Of a DNA stretch of 64,000 nt, positions 38,136-52,084 are shown piece by piece. The position numbers and the translations under genes are program-made. The DNA is from the human T2T-CHM13v2.0 reference genome, Homo sapiens. How positions within the stretch are numbered: position 1 is the first letter of the stretch; each line of letters opens with the position of its first letter. Under the pieces are notes generated by a model. That model had not been told where the DNA came from. It worked only from the letters and a program-made list of their open reading frames with translations, and searched no databases. The stretch lies in the NCBI RefSeq assembly GCF_009914755.1, contig NC_060930.1. The stretch is one strand, 5' to 3'.

Positions 38136-38615
38136 ATCTCTGATGGACGCTCCCTGGGACAGCCGTCTGGTCTGTTGCCCCCCACAGTGTCCCCAGGCTG
38201 GAGCCATGTCCACCACGTGGTAGGTGCTCAGTACTTACTTGCTGAATGAATATCTGACTGAGAGGCCTGTGTGTGGTTGTAACATGAAGAGGCCATGGGG
38301 CCAGGTCACAGTCAGCATTACCATCCCCTGCCTTCAGCCCTGCCTCCTGTGGGTGATGGCTGGGAGAGGCTTCTGTTTTGCGGTGGAGGCAGAGAAGCAG
38401 GGGTGGGATCTGGAGAGGGTGTAAATAGTGATTAGAAGGAATGTAGGCGTGCAGGGGAAATGAGAGCGTCTGGGTAGCTGTTCTCTCTTATTTCATGTTT
38501 GCAGGATACTTTCAGATTCCAGAAATTTTTGGTGGTGCCCTTCAAGAGTTTAAAAGTCTAAAATCACCACTCAACAAGTGAGCCTTGTACTGTTTTAGTA
38601 AAACTGTTGACCACC

Positions 38616-39073
38616 TGTATTCATTTCCTAGAGTTGCCATAACAAAGTACCAAAAAATGAGTGGCTTAAAACAACAGAAGCTGTGGAGGCCAGAAGTCCA
38701 AGCTCAAGTTGTGGGTGGGGCAGTGCTCCCTCTGAAACCTGTCAGGAGGATCCTTCATTGTCTCTTCCAGCTTCTGGTGGTTTCCAGCTTGGAGCTTCTC
38801 AGCTTGTGGGTGCATCATTCCGTCTCTGCCCCTGTCCTCACCCGGCTTTTCCCTGTGTGTCTTCACGTCTCCCCTCTGAGTACATCTGTCCCCATGTCTG
38901 TCTTCCTCTTTGTAGAAGGACGCCAATCATATTAGATTACGGCCCACCCTAGTCATCTCATCTTAATGGGGTTGTATCTGCAAAGACCCTGTTTTCAAGT
39001 AAGGTCACATTCATGGGTGCTACGGGTGGAGTCTTCTAGATGACTTTCAGGGGACATAATTCAGACCATGGCA
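38616..39073 (-). mobile_element. MLT1C-like MaLR solo LTR
   Basis: TGTATTCATTTCCTAGAGTTGCCATAACAAAGTACC...TATCTGCAAAGACCCTGTTTTCAAGTAAGGTCACATTC. Colinear with 20087-20521. Confidence 0.85.
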
Positions 39074-41110
39074 ACTGACCCCATCCCTGCATCTTCACAA
39101 GTCATGTTGCAACAAGCCCACTATTGTTCTTTGTCGAGGGGCCTGACCAGTGCCTCGAGTTGTGCCCTTGTTTCCTGGGCCCCTGGCTACTCAGTTCAGC
39201 TCCATCTGACTGATGCTGCCAAACAGTGGGTTTGCTCAGTTGAGTCGAATGACCCAAATCTGGGGCTACATGTGGTGGCTTATTTATCATATGCAGGTGC
39301 CATGCTTGAGAGCCGCTGGATGGTGAGAGGGGAACTAGAAGAAATGGTCTGTTATATTTTCTTTAAGTTAGGAAAGATCCCTGGTCTGCAGTCAGGAGAG
39401 CTGGTTTTAGCCTAGTTTTGCTGCTTGTTAACTATGTTGCATTGGAAAAGTTATTCTTTCACCCTGGGTTTCAGTTCCTTCATCTGTAAAACTAGGGGAT
39501 AGAACCAGAAGACTCTAAGGTCAAGTCCAGCACCGTAACATCAACATATTTGTAAGTTTTGGAAAAGATGAGACAATTCCCAAAATCTCTTTGTCTAGGG
39601 GTGGTGGTGTTTGTGTGTGTTTGTTTTTAGCTTATGTGTTGGTTCATGGAGCCAGATAATCAAATGTGAATGATTTTTCAGTTCTTCACCTTGAATAATA
39701 TATTTTCCCCAAGAAGCCAGCATGACTCTGCTGCTAATCAGGGTTTCCAAATCATTAATTAATTCATTAAATAATTCAGTCGAGGTCCAAATGCCAATCA
39801 AGATGCAGAAAGAACAAGTGTTTTCTTGCTCTTAGTTATAAAAGCAGCCAAGCACAGCGTTCGTAAGTGGAATCTGGTTTGTGTGTGGCGTGGTTTGGTC
39901 AAGGGAGATGCTGGTGTCAGTGAGAAAGCAACACAGATGCTGTGGGTCTGGGGCCCAGATGTTCGGTGGCTGCGACGATCAGGCCCTGGCAGCACAGGCA
40001 GCCCCGACAGGAGCTTGTTCGTTCACAAGCCCACGATGACTGTGGTTCCCGGGCAGCAACAGTAGCAGATGGAGGCTGTGTTCCCACACTGGGCCTCCAC
40101 CGCTCAGGGGAGGCATGTGTGAAAAGGCTCATTCCCTCCTTGGGTTTCCCAGGACCTCCTGTCAAGCTTGTTCTCTCGTTCCCGCTAGTCCAGCCACCTT
40201 CCTTGGCTGGAAAGGTTGGCTCTGGCAAGGAAGCCGCAGGAGCAGCTGTGAAGAGGGGAAGCCTAGCCTTTGGTGAGGCTGGAGACTGAGAGTGGAGGAT
40301 TCAGACAGGCCTCTCCAGCCTCAGCTTGCAGGCTGACTGTCCAACAGCGGGTTCTCCCTGGTTTGCACATTTGGGAAGATTTCCTGTCTTACAGAGAATA
40401 TTTTAGGAGTGTCGTCGGGAAGACTAAGACCACTGCATGTTTGTGTAGTTTGAGCCGGTGTTTCTCAAAGTTTAATAATGTATGCACCCCCTTTAAAGGA
40501 CATCCTTTTTTGATTTAATTATGTTTATTATTCCGTTACATTAATGTGTACAAATAGAAAACTGGGAAAAAAACTTTATAGTTAGTTCTTATACATGTAA
40601 CTAAATCACTAAAACAAATTTCCAAATTTAATGTGGAGAAAATTATAACAACAAATAATATTCAGATTAGTATTAATTGATTGTGATGACTGATGTCTTG
40701 CTGAGAAAAAGACCTAATGAATTTGTTTGTAACTGCCAATTATTATTTTGACATGTGAATTAATTTACTAGTGCACTCTAAGGTATAATACTGAATGGTT
40801 TTTTTAAAAGCACTTACCAAAAGTCCTTCCTTGAATATTGACTGCTGTATTCACTACTAATGAACCGTCACCACTTGGTGTGTACAAAGAGAGAATCCAA
40901 ATAATACATCTGCGCCCAAAATAAATACGGACTAATGCTGAGTTTGGCATGTGTTACTGCTGTGTTTCGAGCAATGACTGTTCTCCCTCACGTTCCTCTA
41001 CTCAAACTATTGCAAAACCTTTGTTTGTACCATAGGTGGGAATGCAGTACTTTTTTCTCAAGCCCTCTTTTCTTTACTCACTAGCCTCTAAAATAATAAG
41101 AATACTAATA

Positions 41111-41258
41111 TGTTATCTCATTGGATCTAAGTAAGATGCCTTGTGATTTTGTGGACCATTAGGAAAGAGACACTGGTGCCGGTTAAAATATGAAACACTC
41201 TCAATTAAAGATGTGAAAATGTGAAAAAAAAATGCATGTTAGAATGAATGCAATAGAG
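41111..41258 (-). mobile_element. MER104-like (TcMar-Tc2) element
   Basis: The reverse complement reads ATTCTAACATGCATTTTTTTTTCACATTTTCACATCT...GGCATCTTA, with degenerate inverted ends. Confidence 0.55.
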
Positions 41259-41269
41259 AATTTTCGCAA

Positions 41270-41900
41270 ATATTTGTATAGTTTTTATGTGTTAGCATTT
41301 TTAGAGTGTTTATGTACACGAATTCATTTAATCCTCACAACACTCTGTGAGGAAATGCGTCAGCCAGAACAGGCTAGCTTTTGTTGTGGAAACAACACCC
41401 AAATTTCAGTGGCTTAACTCAACAAATGTTTATTTCTTGTGTGTGTGAAGTCATTCGTGGGTCTCAGAGACTGTCCAAGACTAAGTGGAGGCTTAGCTTT
41501 CTAGGCTGTTTCCATCTTATGTCACCTCAAAATGAACTTCAGCTTTCAAGATTATTTCTCTTCAGGAAGAAACCTGGAGAATTGTTTACCAGCTTTTAAG
41601 TATTTATCCCCGAGAGTAACTCACATCACTACCAGTGATACTTTGTTGGCCAAAGCATTTCATATGGCCACACCTAACTTCAAGGGGGACATGTACCTGA
41701 AAATAGAGGAGAACTAGAAATTTTACTGAAGAGTAATGTTTTCCCCAAGTAGGCTATACCCATTTTACAGTTAAGAAAACTAAGGCACAGAAAGGTTAAT
41801 TAACTTAGCCAGGGTTCTACAGCAAATATGTGACAGCACCAGGATTTGAACCCAGCCACTGTAGCTCCAGAGTTGTACTGTTAACCACCATCCTATGCTT
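41270..41900 (-). mobile_element. MIR split by an MLT1K/L-like LTR (~41358-41735)
   Basis: MIR halves ATTTAATCCTCACAACACTCTGTGAG and CCCATTTTACAGTTAAGAAAACTAAGGCACAGA flank AAATTTCAGTGGCTTAACTCAACAAATGTTTATTTC...ATGGCCACACCTAACTTCAAGGGG. Confidence 0.7.
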
Positions 41901-44900
41901 TCTCTCTGAAATATTTTACATTATTCCATGAACTCTACAAAATAATTTGAGAAATCAAACTTTTTGGAAAGACTTCTCAGTTGAGAATTATTTCAAAACA
42001 AGCGTTGTTTAAAAAACATTTAAAAAGCAAAAGAAAACAACATGAATGAATAACAATAGATACTGGATGATTGTAGGGCTTTGTCTTGAGGACATGGTGC
42101 TCTCAAGGCGGACAGAAGTGCATAGCAGCATATTAAAGGCGCAATAGATATAGATGATCATTGGGCTTAGAAGCACAGACATAAACATAAGCTTTGAAAC
42201 AGCACAGAGACAATACATTGTTTTTAAAAGATTTTCAAAATGAAGACACAAAACAAAATATTCCCAGAGCTAACAGTCACATCCCTAAAACTGATAAATG
42301 CACTTCAGTTTCAAACACATGACCTAGAAACTTTGAAACCAACAGAGGCACAGAGACGCTGAATACTATTCTCAGCTATGAGGTGTGGTCATTGTGGTCT
42401 TTTTTCATTTTCACATGCCACTTGGCATGATTGTTATTATTATTGGATACATGTAGAGGTCACTGATGGCATATGATTATCAAAATGCCAAATACCAAAG
42501 ATTTCCTTTGCTTGCTCCAAATTTGTCATCCATTTTATCAATGTATTTTTTTAATAGAATTGTCTAGTTGGGGTTTTAAATCATTTTAGAAAATCAGATC
42601 TTAAACTCATGAACTGGTAGTTAATGATGTGGTAGTTATTCTCAGCTGTAAGGCTTTTGGTATTGAAGTTCAGCTCTCTTTTATTATTTTTCCCCCAAAA
42701 ACCCTTAGTTAAGAGTTTTTAAAAGTCACGGGTGGCTGACTATGGAAAGCATGGGTGGGTAGGAGAGGTTGTGAGATGGGGACAGGGAGACCAGTTGGGA
42801 GGTTAGTTAGCTGGGTCCGACAAGGACATGACGTCTGACAGTGGCAATTATTATGCAGAGTGCTGTTCACACGCTGTGCGTATGGCAGGGGAGTGCTAAG
42901 CTATTGCAGGATATTTCTGTGTCATTTTAAGATGAGTGAGTTATTGTCCTGGGCCTTGTAGGCCAACTCTCTCTAATTTTACCCTTAAAAATACACCCAG
43001 TTTTACCAAATCATCAGGGTGGTCACTTTGCAGTTTGCAGAAACAAACTGGAGAGAAATACAGACAGACTAGATATGGTGTAGTCATTACACAGTCAAGT
43101 TCATTTGTTCAGAAGAGTGTTGGGAGCATCCAGCCGAGGGCAGGCCTGAACCTCTGGGGGTGGAGAACCACATTGGGGTGGGTGGCGCTTCCCTGGAGGC
43201 TCAGGTTCGACTGCCGTGGAGACACAGATGAAGGTGACTCATTTAGACAGATCTGCACGGGGACATTTGCAGGTCGTAGGGGCTGTGTGCGAACATGGGC
43301 CCTCTGCAGCCAGGAAGCTATAACGCTGCTCTCCAGGCAGAAGCTGCTAGCAATGGTGCTGACACGGCCCAACTACCCAAGAACTGTACCTTCCAGACAG
43401 CCTTATTCCCAAAGGTAGCTGTAACTCTGTGGCTATAGGGGCAAGTAGAATTTCTTCCCTGTCATCTAGGCCAGCATATATTTTCTGCGTGCTTACTGTG
43501 TAGCAGTTGAACTCACAAATCCACCTACACTCCTGATGAGCTGGAGAGGCCATTGTTGTCCTCGGTTTACCGCGGAGGGAATGGAGGCACCAAAAGGGTA
43601 AATGAATTGCCCAAGGGCACACGGACACCTCTCTATGCCCAATGTTGTTCTTAACATTTTTAATCAATAATTTTCAAAATAATGTAGTTTTCAATAAAAA
43701 AGTAGCCTGAAGTCTTTTGCATAAAAAGCATGTTTAGTTCATGGATCATTCATTCACTCTCCAAAGTTCTGGGCGTAGGGGGATAGACATGCCGGGAAGC
43801 TTGCCTTTGGAAAGATTGCAGTCTAGTGAGGATACTGAAGTTAGGCACACATGTGACTCTGATAAAAATCACCGTGCAGTAGTGTAACTGCCACAAAACT
43901 TCAGAAAAGGAGTGACACCCACCCCCAGCTCAGGTGGCTGGGTGATCTGCACAGACAGGTGGGCCTTAAAGACCCACCTGTGTGGGAATAAGACTGCCTG
44001 GTAGAGGTGGGACAGAGGTGAGGCTCTGTCCTGGGAAATGTGGCCAGTGGGGCTTCCGGGATGATGGCTGGGGGCATTTTCGCCTACCGCCCTGTAGTCT
44101 TGGGGAAATGGAACAGGGATCTATGGTGGAAGTTTCTGAAACACTCTGCAGTGACAAGCATGGGCAAGCTTCCTGTCGACCAAATGGAGCTAAACAGATC
44201 CTGAGTGCTGGCGGATGGAGACGTGGAGGAAAGGGGAGTGGGCCTTGAAGCGTGGACTAGGGACCCAGAGGAGAGAGGGAGGTGTCAGAGGGTGAAAGAG
44301 CTTGCGCAAAAGGCAGAATGGGGTTGGGAGTGGGATTAGCCCGCGGGTCCACTCTACTGCATCAGGAGCAGGCCACTGAAAACCAATATGCCGACTGGAA
44401 TAACCATTAAACTAGAATGCAGCAATTCCCTTGCCCTTCAGAATTTGGAAAGGCTCTTGTGGGGTTATTTAGATGATCTAGTTCACTTAATGAAAATGAC
44501 TCAGATGAGTTTTAACTTCATTTTCTCCCCTCAAGCCTGCCGTTGGACACTCAAAACCATCCAAGGATTTCAGCTCTTGACATAGTTGTCATCATTCTGT
44601 AAAAACATAGGCAGAGCAGCATGCATTTTAGCCCCGAATGAACGCACAGGTGGATTGACCACAAAGACACTGAAGAGGCACCTGTGTGTGCCCCTGCACG
44701 CGTGGCTGGTGCTGGTGTCTGTAGGGGGATCTAGGTGAGGAGGAAAGCCAGTTCACAATCACAGTGTCTGCGTGAACCTGAGTGGCCAGTCGGCTAAAGA
44801 TGTCTCAGAGGAAAGGAACATGAAGTCCAAAGCCTCTTCCAAATAACTGTTCATATCCGTGCTGAATTTTGCATTTATTTTGTGGCCTTTTTCTAAAAGA

Positions 44901-45893
44901 GGGTTGTGCAAGTATGTGAGATTGAAACCCCACCAAATTTGGAAGTGTCCCAGCTTAGAATGTCTTTGGGGGTTGGGCCAGGTGGCATCTCTAGTGTTAG
45001 ATCTGTGTTTTCTTGCTTTCTCAATTCCATATCCTCTTAGGCTTGCAGCCTTGAAGGAGAGACGGAGTCACCCCAGCGTGGGTGTGGGCAGCACGCATAG
45101 GAAGAGGAGTGGCACCGCCCCCCGGGGCCTGGAAAGGGAGTGCACATGCTGAGAGTGCCCCTGCCTGGAGGGGATGGGGTCTTCTTCCAGAGTTTATGGG
45201 CGCAGTCGGAGCTGCCCACCCTCTGTCCCTTATTTCTCCCCACCTGCTACACGGATTCTTTCTGCTGCTTGTCAGCATCCCTAAAAAATCAAAATCAAAA
45301 TCACACATAAAGCCTCCAAATGGAGAGTGAGGATGGCAGGAAGGCAGGTCTCTGTGCTCCTGAGGAAATGTCTGCTTGCTGCACATGGTGACATACATTT
45401 CACTTCTTAGGTGACAGTGCCTGGACCCCGGGCCTTAGTTTCTTTTGTATCCCATAGCATTTGTAAATAAAGATCTTATCAATAGTGAGACCTCAGTGGA
45501 TACCCACGAGTTCAGCTGCAGCTACAAGTATGTGTGAGTGCCTGCCAACCCCGTCCCCTGAGCCACACAACAGCCCCATGAGTTGGATGTATCTCTGCTC
45601 ATTTACAGATGGAGAAATGAAGTACAGAGAGGTTCACTGACTTGTCAAAGTGTGTGTAACTAGTTCAATTCATTTATTCAACACGTTTTAAACTTCATGG
45701 GAAAAAAATTCAAGGAGTGGAGAAAGGCCCATTCATGCTTGATGTTCACTGGGCCGTAAAAACTGGACTTTTCACAACCGAGGGACCCTTCTGCAGGGTC
45801 CATCTGGACAAGGTCGCCAGCCAGGGGCATCAATTTCAGGTTGCACACAGAGTGCACACTTACCAGGCCTGATTCAGAATAGGGAGCAAAAAA

Positions 45894-46012
45894 ATGTGTG
45901 CGTGGACATGTGTGTACACGTGTGTATGCATGTGTGTGCTTGCATGTGTGTACACGTGTGTATGCATGTGTGTGTGCATGTGTGTGCTTACACTTTTGAA
46001 TGTGTGCATGTG
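45894..46012. repeat. Purine-pyrimidine alternating minisatellite with ~36-bp periodicity
   Basis: CATGTGTGTACACGTGTGTATGCATGTGTGTG occurs twice, followed by partial copies. Confidence 0.9.
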
Positions 46013-47909
46013 AAGAGAGAGGAAGACTCAGAATGGCAGGGGTTGGGGGGACTTCAGGCCACATCATGTCCACCCAGGGGTGATGGCCCTGGGAGAATCG
46101 ACTGCTTTCTCTCTGCCACTGCGTCTCCTCCACTGTGGGCGAAGGAGAGGCTGAGAGGCCGAGAGGGTCGAGAGAAACACGGGCCCAGGAAGGAGGGTGA
46201 CTAACATGTTTGACTTCTTGTTCTGACAGCCTGAGGGTGATAGATATGATAATTGCAACTCTGGCCAGGTGAGAGCACAGCAAACCAAGGAAAACAGGTC
46301 TTCAGGGTGGGCAGTGGGACCCAGAGACTCCTGGAAGACCAAGATCGGGAAGCACTTGCAGGGAGGAGATGTTTCAAAATCAAGTAATAAACTGGAGAAA
46401 TTGGGCTGCAGAGAGAGCGGCCATGATTTACCCGCCGTGCCTGCCAGGCGCTGCAGTCACTGCTTTGTGCTCTGCTGAGTGTGTGGAGGCCCAGCGGCTC
46501 TTGGCTGGGTTCCAGACATCCCAGAATTGAATTGATGGGGCCTGCCATGATGGGTGCTAGCTAGCAGGAAATGTAAAGAATGAGGCCTGAGCTAGGTTCC
46601 TTGTTCTCTTTTCGTAGGAGAGTTTTCTTCCCAGACCAAACCAAGATAGTACCTGCCCAACATACTTCCTCCTCCTTTTTCCTCTGGGGCTGTCTTACAG
46701 CAACTTGCGATCTGTTTTGTGGTTCCAGCCCAATGGGCTCATCAGTTTATTCAACTGGCTTTTAAAATGGCCTCATTTTTCCTGACGTGGGGAAAGAGGC
46801 CACAGTGTAACCGGAGGAAAATGACTGGCAGCCCTTCTGCACGGCATTTGGAGTCCAGTTCTCCCCGTGGTGGCAGTGCCTAGGGGACAGTCAGGACCAC
46901 CCCTGCTTATGCTGCAAGCTGAACTATTGGTAGAAAATGTGGGGTCCTCTGGCAGCCCACGGGCAGTCGGTCAGGATGAGCGTCTTCTCACCCTAGGCCT
47001 CAGGCCAGGCCAGCCCACCCTGCCTATGCCACGGGCATTGCTGAAAGGCAGAAGGCCAGGCCAAGGACATCCGAAGCTTGATTTTCCTACCTGCCTTGGC
47101 TTTCTTCTGTTCTTGGCAAAACAAATACTGCCAGGAAAGGCAAGCAAGGAAGGAGTAAGACTCACTGGCAAGTTGGTGAACATGGGGCTCTGGGAGGAAA
47201 GCGGTCTCCGGGTTCCTTAGCCCCAGAGCTGCCAGGAGGGAGCAAGAGGGGACACCCCAGCTGTCTCTCCAGTGGGAGCATGTCATGCTCAGTGGCAGCG
47301 CTGATGCCCAGACTTGGTGTGGCTCTCGTGGGATGTGGTTAGGAGAGTGCATTTGCACCTCCAGGGTCCCTGTGGAGACCCTGCCTCACCACCTTGTGTG
47401 ATCTGGGCACACCATTGGAGCTTCAGTTTCCTCATCTGAAAAACAATGATAATGGTGCCCTATTTGAAAGATTGGCGAAAGAATTGTTGATATGCCCAGC
47501 CTATAGCAGGTGCTTGATCAATTACATTCTTGCTTTCTGGTATTTCTGAGCTTATAGGCGTGCATAGGATAGCTCTTTTAAAACTGTGTGGTGGCAAAAA
47601 GGTCATGACATTAAGTGACCACGCACAGGAGTTTTACTGGCACGTTTTCTGCTAATCGGCCAATCTGTTTCACTGCGAAGAGCCTGGCCTTCCTTGAAGA
47701 AGATAGCATCAAAGGCAGACAACGGAGTCGCATATGATTCAGTGGTTGAAGAACACAGACCAAAATTAACATGAAACTCCAAAGCAGGATCCTCCTCTTT
47801 TTCAAAATAAATAATTTTCTGTTATGAAAACTTTTAAGCACACTTTATGTTGAAAAAGTTGATCCTTTTGACAAAATTGGTGACTTTTTCTAATTTTAAC
47901 TACATTTGA

Positions 47910-48260
<351 letters not shown>

Positions 48261-48929
48261 CTTCCTTTCATTTCATTCATTGTTAATTCATTTGTATCTT
48301 CCTGGCTCCTGATCTGTCACTGTCCCACCAGCTTGAGGGGTAGTGTTTAGGTAGTAGTTAGGACTTTGTTGATATACAAAGAGATTTCCATTTCAATACT
48401 TTGGAAGAAATTGAGATCGAATCAGACAACATTGCTGCTAGTTATGAAATTATGTTACTCCCTGAACTAAAAACAAATAAATACTTGACAGTTGTAACTT
48501 TTGGTGTATTGATTGTGTGGTCTGCTCATCTCATCCTGCCTGTGTCTGTTAGACCCACTTCCAGCAAAGACCAAGTTCATGGTGTGGGTGATGTTGGTAG
48601 AAATCACTCCTTCAGTCTGAGGGTATTTCCTGGTTTATTGTGTCATTGTGGATTAATCCTCAATAAGCATTCATGATAATATAATAGTCACATAAAAACC
48701 TACCAACTGTTTCAACTTTGTTTATCGAGAATTAGCATGCACCAAGGACTTAAAGAGTGCATTAAATTTAAAGGCTTGAGACCTCAGGGCTGTGCCAACT
48801 GAGCTTGGTTGCCAACTACTTTTAGCAAAATTGCCTTTTCTTAGGTCACCTTGCAGCATTTTCTTTTTAAAGAAGGTCTGTGTCGGTTTCCTGTTTTGTA
48901 GGCACACTTCTTTGTGCAGAAGGATTCAA

Positions 48930-49240
48930 ATTAGTATAACGACTAAAAATCAGAAAAACTCTCTGTACATTCATGCACTTTAATCCACATTTTAATTTCA
49001 TAGAAACAGGCATACCATAAACACTACAGTGTCTTGCTCTTCTCTGAATAAGTAGGTCTTGGGGCCCGTTTCATATCAGCATAAACGGGTCTGCTGTATT
49101 TTAAAATGGCAGTAGGACGTGGCTGCATGTGTGTGATTTATTTGAACCAGTGCTTTTTTATAGGCAGGTGGTTTTCAGAGTGCTACTACACCTAAGGCTG
49201 CAATAAGCATATATCTTTGCCCAGTGTGTATTTTAAAGCA
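48930..49240 (-). mobile_element. L1ME-type 3' fragment
   Basis: TTTCATATCAGCATAAA...TTTTAAAATGGCAGTAG...AAGGCTGCAATAAGCAT. Confidence 0.45.
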
Positions 49241-49566
49241 CATTCCTGTCCTGATAGGGCCTCTTTTTCTTTCTTCAGTGTGGTGGCCTTGGTTGGAGAG
49301 GACTTTTAATCAGGTGTGACATCAGGAGGTGGATTTGTTGTGGTTGTCGGCACTGGGTGCTGCCTTTCTGGGACTCCCCGGCTCCACGTTGGTCCCTCTA
49401 CACAGGCAGCCCCCTCACCCTCTCACCTCTCACAGTGGTCTGCAGAGGTGCCAGAATCAGGACTGACAGCCAAGAAGAGCCCAGATCCGACATCCTTAAG
49501 CTCTAGACACCACTGTCTGGATTTACAGTCACACAGGCACCACTTCCCATTGTCTTTTCCCTAGCC

Positions 49567-49777
49567 CCGTGGTTCTCAACTGGGGCAGTTTTTCCCTTGG
49601 GATATGTGGCCCTGTCGAGATAGTTTTGATTGTTGCCACACTGGGAGAGGGAGTACCTCCCACTGGCATCTCGTGCGTAGAAGCCAGGGAAGCCGCTAAC
49701 ATCGTGCAATGCACAGCACGGCCCCTACCACAGATTCCAGCCCCAAGCGGCAGTAGCGCTGCTGCTGAGAAACCCCG
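49567..49777 (+). mobile_element. MER20 hAT-Charlie transposon, CpG-rich copy
   Basis: GTGGTTCTCAACTGGGG...CTGGCATCTCGTGCGTAGAAGCCAGGGA...CAATGCACAG...TGAGAAACCCCG. The downstream flank CTCTAGAC fits the Charlie NTCTAGAN target. Confidence 0.85.
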
Positions 49778-52084
49778 CTCTAGACTTTTCTTTACAAGAG
49801 GCAGGAAAGATCTGTTTGTGGGTTAAAGAATTCCTTGGACTCAGAAAAGTCCCCGATGCACCCAGGGTTTGTATTGAGATCAGGTTTGACCAGACAGAAA
49901 TGAGACCTGGCGGCACGGCGTGTGCAGGGCACGGGAGAAGCTGGACTGACTTCCATGAGTAGGAGGTGAAAGAGCCCGTCACTGCACGAGTAGCTGGTCA
50001 CCACTAGGGCCAACACCAGCTCTCAGGGACAGCACCTGCACGCTTGTAATGTGAGTGGAGCCCTGGATAGCACGTGTCCAGTACTGATGGAGTTTCGGAA
50101 TGAAGAACACCAATCATTTTAGGTGGAACTTTCACAGGCTGCCAGCTCTCTTCCCAAGAATTGGATGGACATAAAGAATAGTGGCTCTCAGGTCCTGTGA
50201 TTCTAGTTAGGATTGCTAGAATCCAGCCAGGAACAACCTGGGGTACTTAAGTGGCAGAGGAAGGTGAGAGTAGGTGGGGAGGGGGCTGTGGTCAGAGACA
50301 GGCAAGGCTGTGTTCATCCCCTTTCTCGAAGCACTTTAATTCCCAGAGAAGGGAGATCTAATCTTCCAGTTACTGTTTTGACAGAGTGTGAGGAGTCTGA
50401 GTGGAGAGTTTAAGGCCCAGGTGGCAGAACTGAAGATAAGGCATTAGGAGCAGTCCCAAAGGGCCCCTCCCTTCCAGTGGCTCCCCGGGTGTGGAAGGCC
50501 TGCGATTGCAGGTCGGATGCGACAATTTGGGCCCTTTCAGCTCCCGAAGCAAAAAGAAAAATGATTCTTCTATTCTCCAACTCCCGCTCTTCCTTCCCCT
50601 TTTATTTTTCTTATCAGAGGTGATTTTCTTATGAGGTCTTGGGAGAACCTGGGGCAGACTGTAACCTACCTAAAGTGGTTGAGTCTCCTCCACCCATTAC
50701 TAAAAGCCACATCAAATTCTTTGGTGCCTGTCTTGCTTTGTTTATAATTCTATGGAATAAGCTACTCTTTTGCATAATTGGCGTTAATTTGAAAACATGC
50801 CAGACTGGACCTAGGCTTTTGGTGGGAAGAACCAAACAGAACTGGAAAGAAGAGGAAACAGGTATTTCTGGAGTTTATTACCTGTACAGTCGGAACTGTG
50901 GGATGCAGCATCCCCATTCAGAATGGTCCCCGGCGAGCAGCTGGCCCTCCCTGTTGCAGGGAGGCAGGGCCTGCGCCTGCTGGAAGTAAGTTGAAGAAGG
51001 CAAATGTGTTCATTCTGCTCTGGGGTCTTGTCTTGTCTGCTGCAGGGTGAGGTGAGGAAGGGGCTTCTCTTAGAGCCGCGGAAGGACCAGCCTTGCTTAC
51101 CGTGGCTTCAGCCCTGTGGGAGCCTGGTGGGCTCTGACCCCAGAATCACCAGATCAAGAGCTCGAGGCCTCGGAAGCCCTGAGCCTAGCCACAGCAGCCA
51201 CGAACCCAACATGGCTTTGCCCCTTACCACCCCTTACCACTCCCCCCCAGATAGCCTGGGGGTGTTTCTGAAGCTCTTGTGACTCTGCGTCCTCCACCAG
51301 AGCCAAGCCCCCTGGGATCTCTGTCCTGTCTGTGTTGTGGAATCTTCTAACGCAGTGCCTGGTCCACGGTGGTGCCTGGAGTGGAAGGGATTCCTGCTGC
51401 GGCTGTTTTTCCCTGTCACATTCCTCTGTCACCTGCTGAGCAGACTGCCGGCTGGGGCTTGTGCTCGGCATTGGGGGGTCAGAGGTGCTCGTGTCACTGA
51501 CCCGGCAACAAGGGGCTTGTGCTCTGACGGGGAGAGAGATGCATGGATAGGCTTGAGCTGTGAGTTGCTCCTGGGTGCTGTGCAGGGAGCAGCCACTTCC
51601 TGGGCCACGAAGGGACAGATGCTCATGTGGCTGGGTTCTGGGCATGGGGACGTCTCCATAGAGTAGGCAGAGACTTGGCCGAGTCCTGTAGGTGACCTTG
51701 GAGTCCCTGGAGTGGAAACATCCCAGGCACAGCAGGAAGCAGGAGGGAGGCTGAGGACCCTGACAGAGCCGGCTGCTGGGGAAGGGCGAGGGCTGCCCTG
51801 GGCTGGAGGGGATGGTGAGGGCCAGGATGGAGGGTCTGAGGGAGGCCATTTCGTGAGGCCCAGAAGCCCTCTAAGGTTTGGGCTCTGTTTGGTAGGCCAT
51901 GGAGACCTCTTACAGGTCATCTGGCAGGGGAAGGCACTGCTTGTATTTGCACTTTCCTCATTTACCCTGGAAGCATCTGGTATATGAACTCAAAAGGACA
52001 CATGGCTGCAGGCCTCAGGCACGGCCACCGCAGAAATGCATGGAGCACGTGTTAGGTGCAGGCATCTAAGAGGCTGCAGCTGTC

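Noticed and set aside
37689-38249. 186-aa ORF with YHLS repeats
   Set aside because: It is the translation of the degenerate TATC microsatellite.
40455-41050. Possible hAT-Charlie element starting GTGTTTCTCAAAG
   Set aside because: Only one TIR-like end is recognisable, so neither family nor extent can be supported.
45678-46283. 201-aa ORF with HT/HA repeats
   Set aside because: The frame is held open by the (CA/TG) minisatellite.
51154-51920. Longest ORFs (231 aa and 163 aa, - strand)
   Set aside because: These are overlapping open frames in GC-rich, stop-poor sequence, with ORFs on both strands and no recognisable homology or exon structure.
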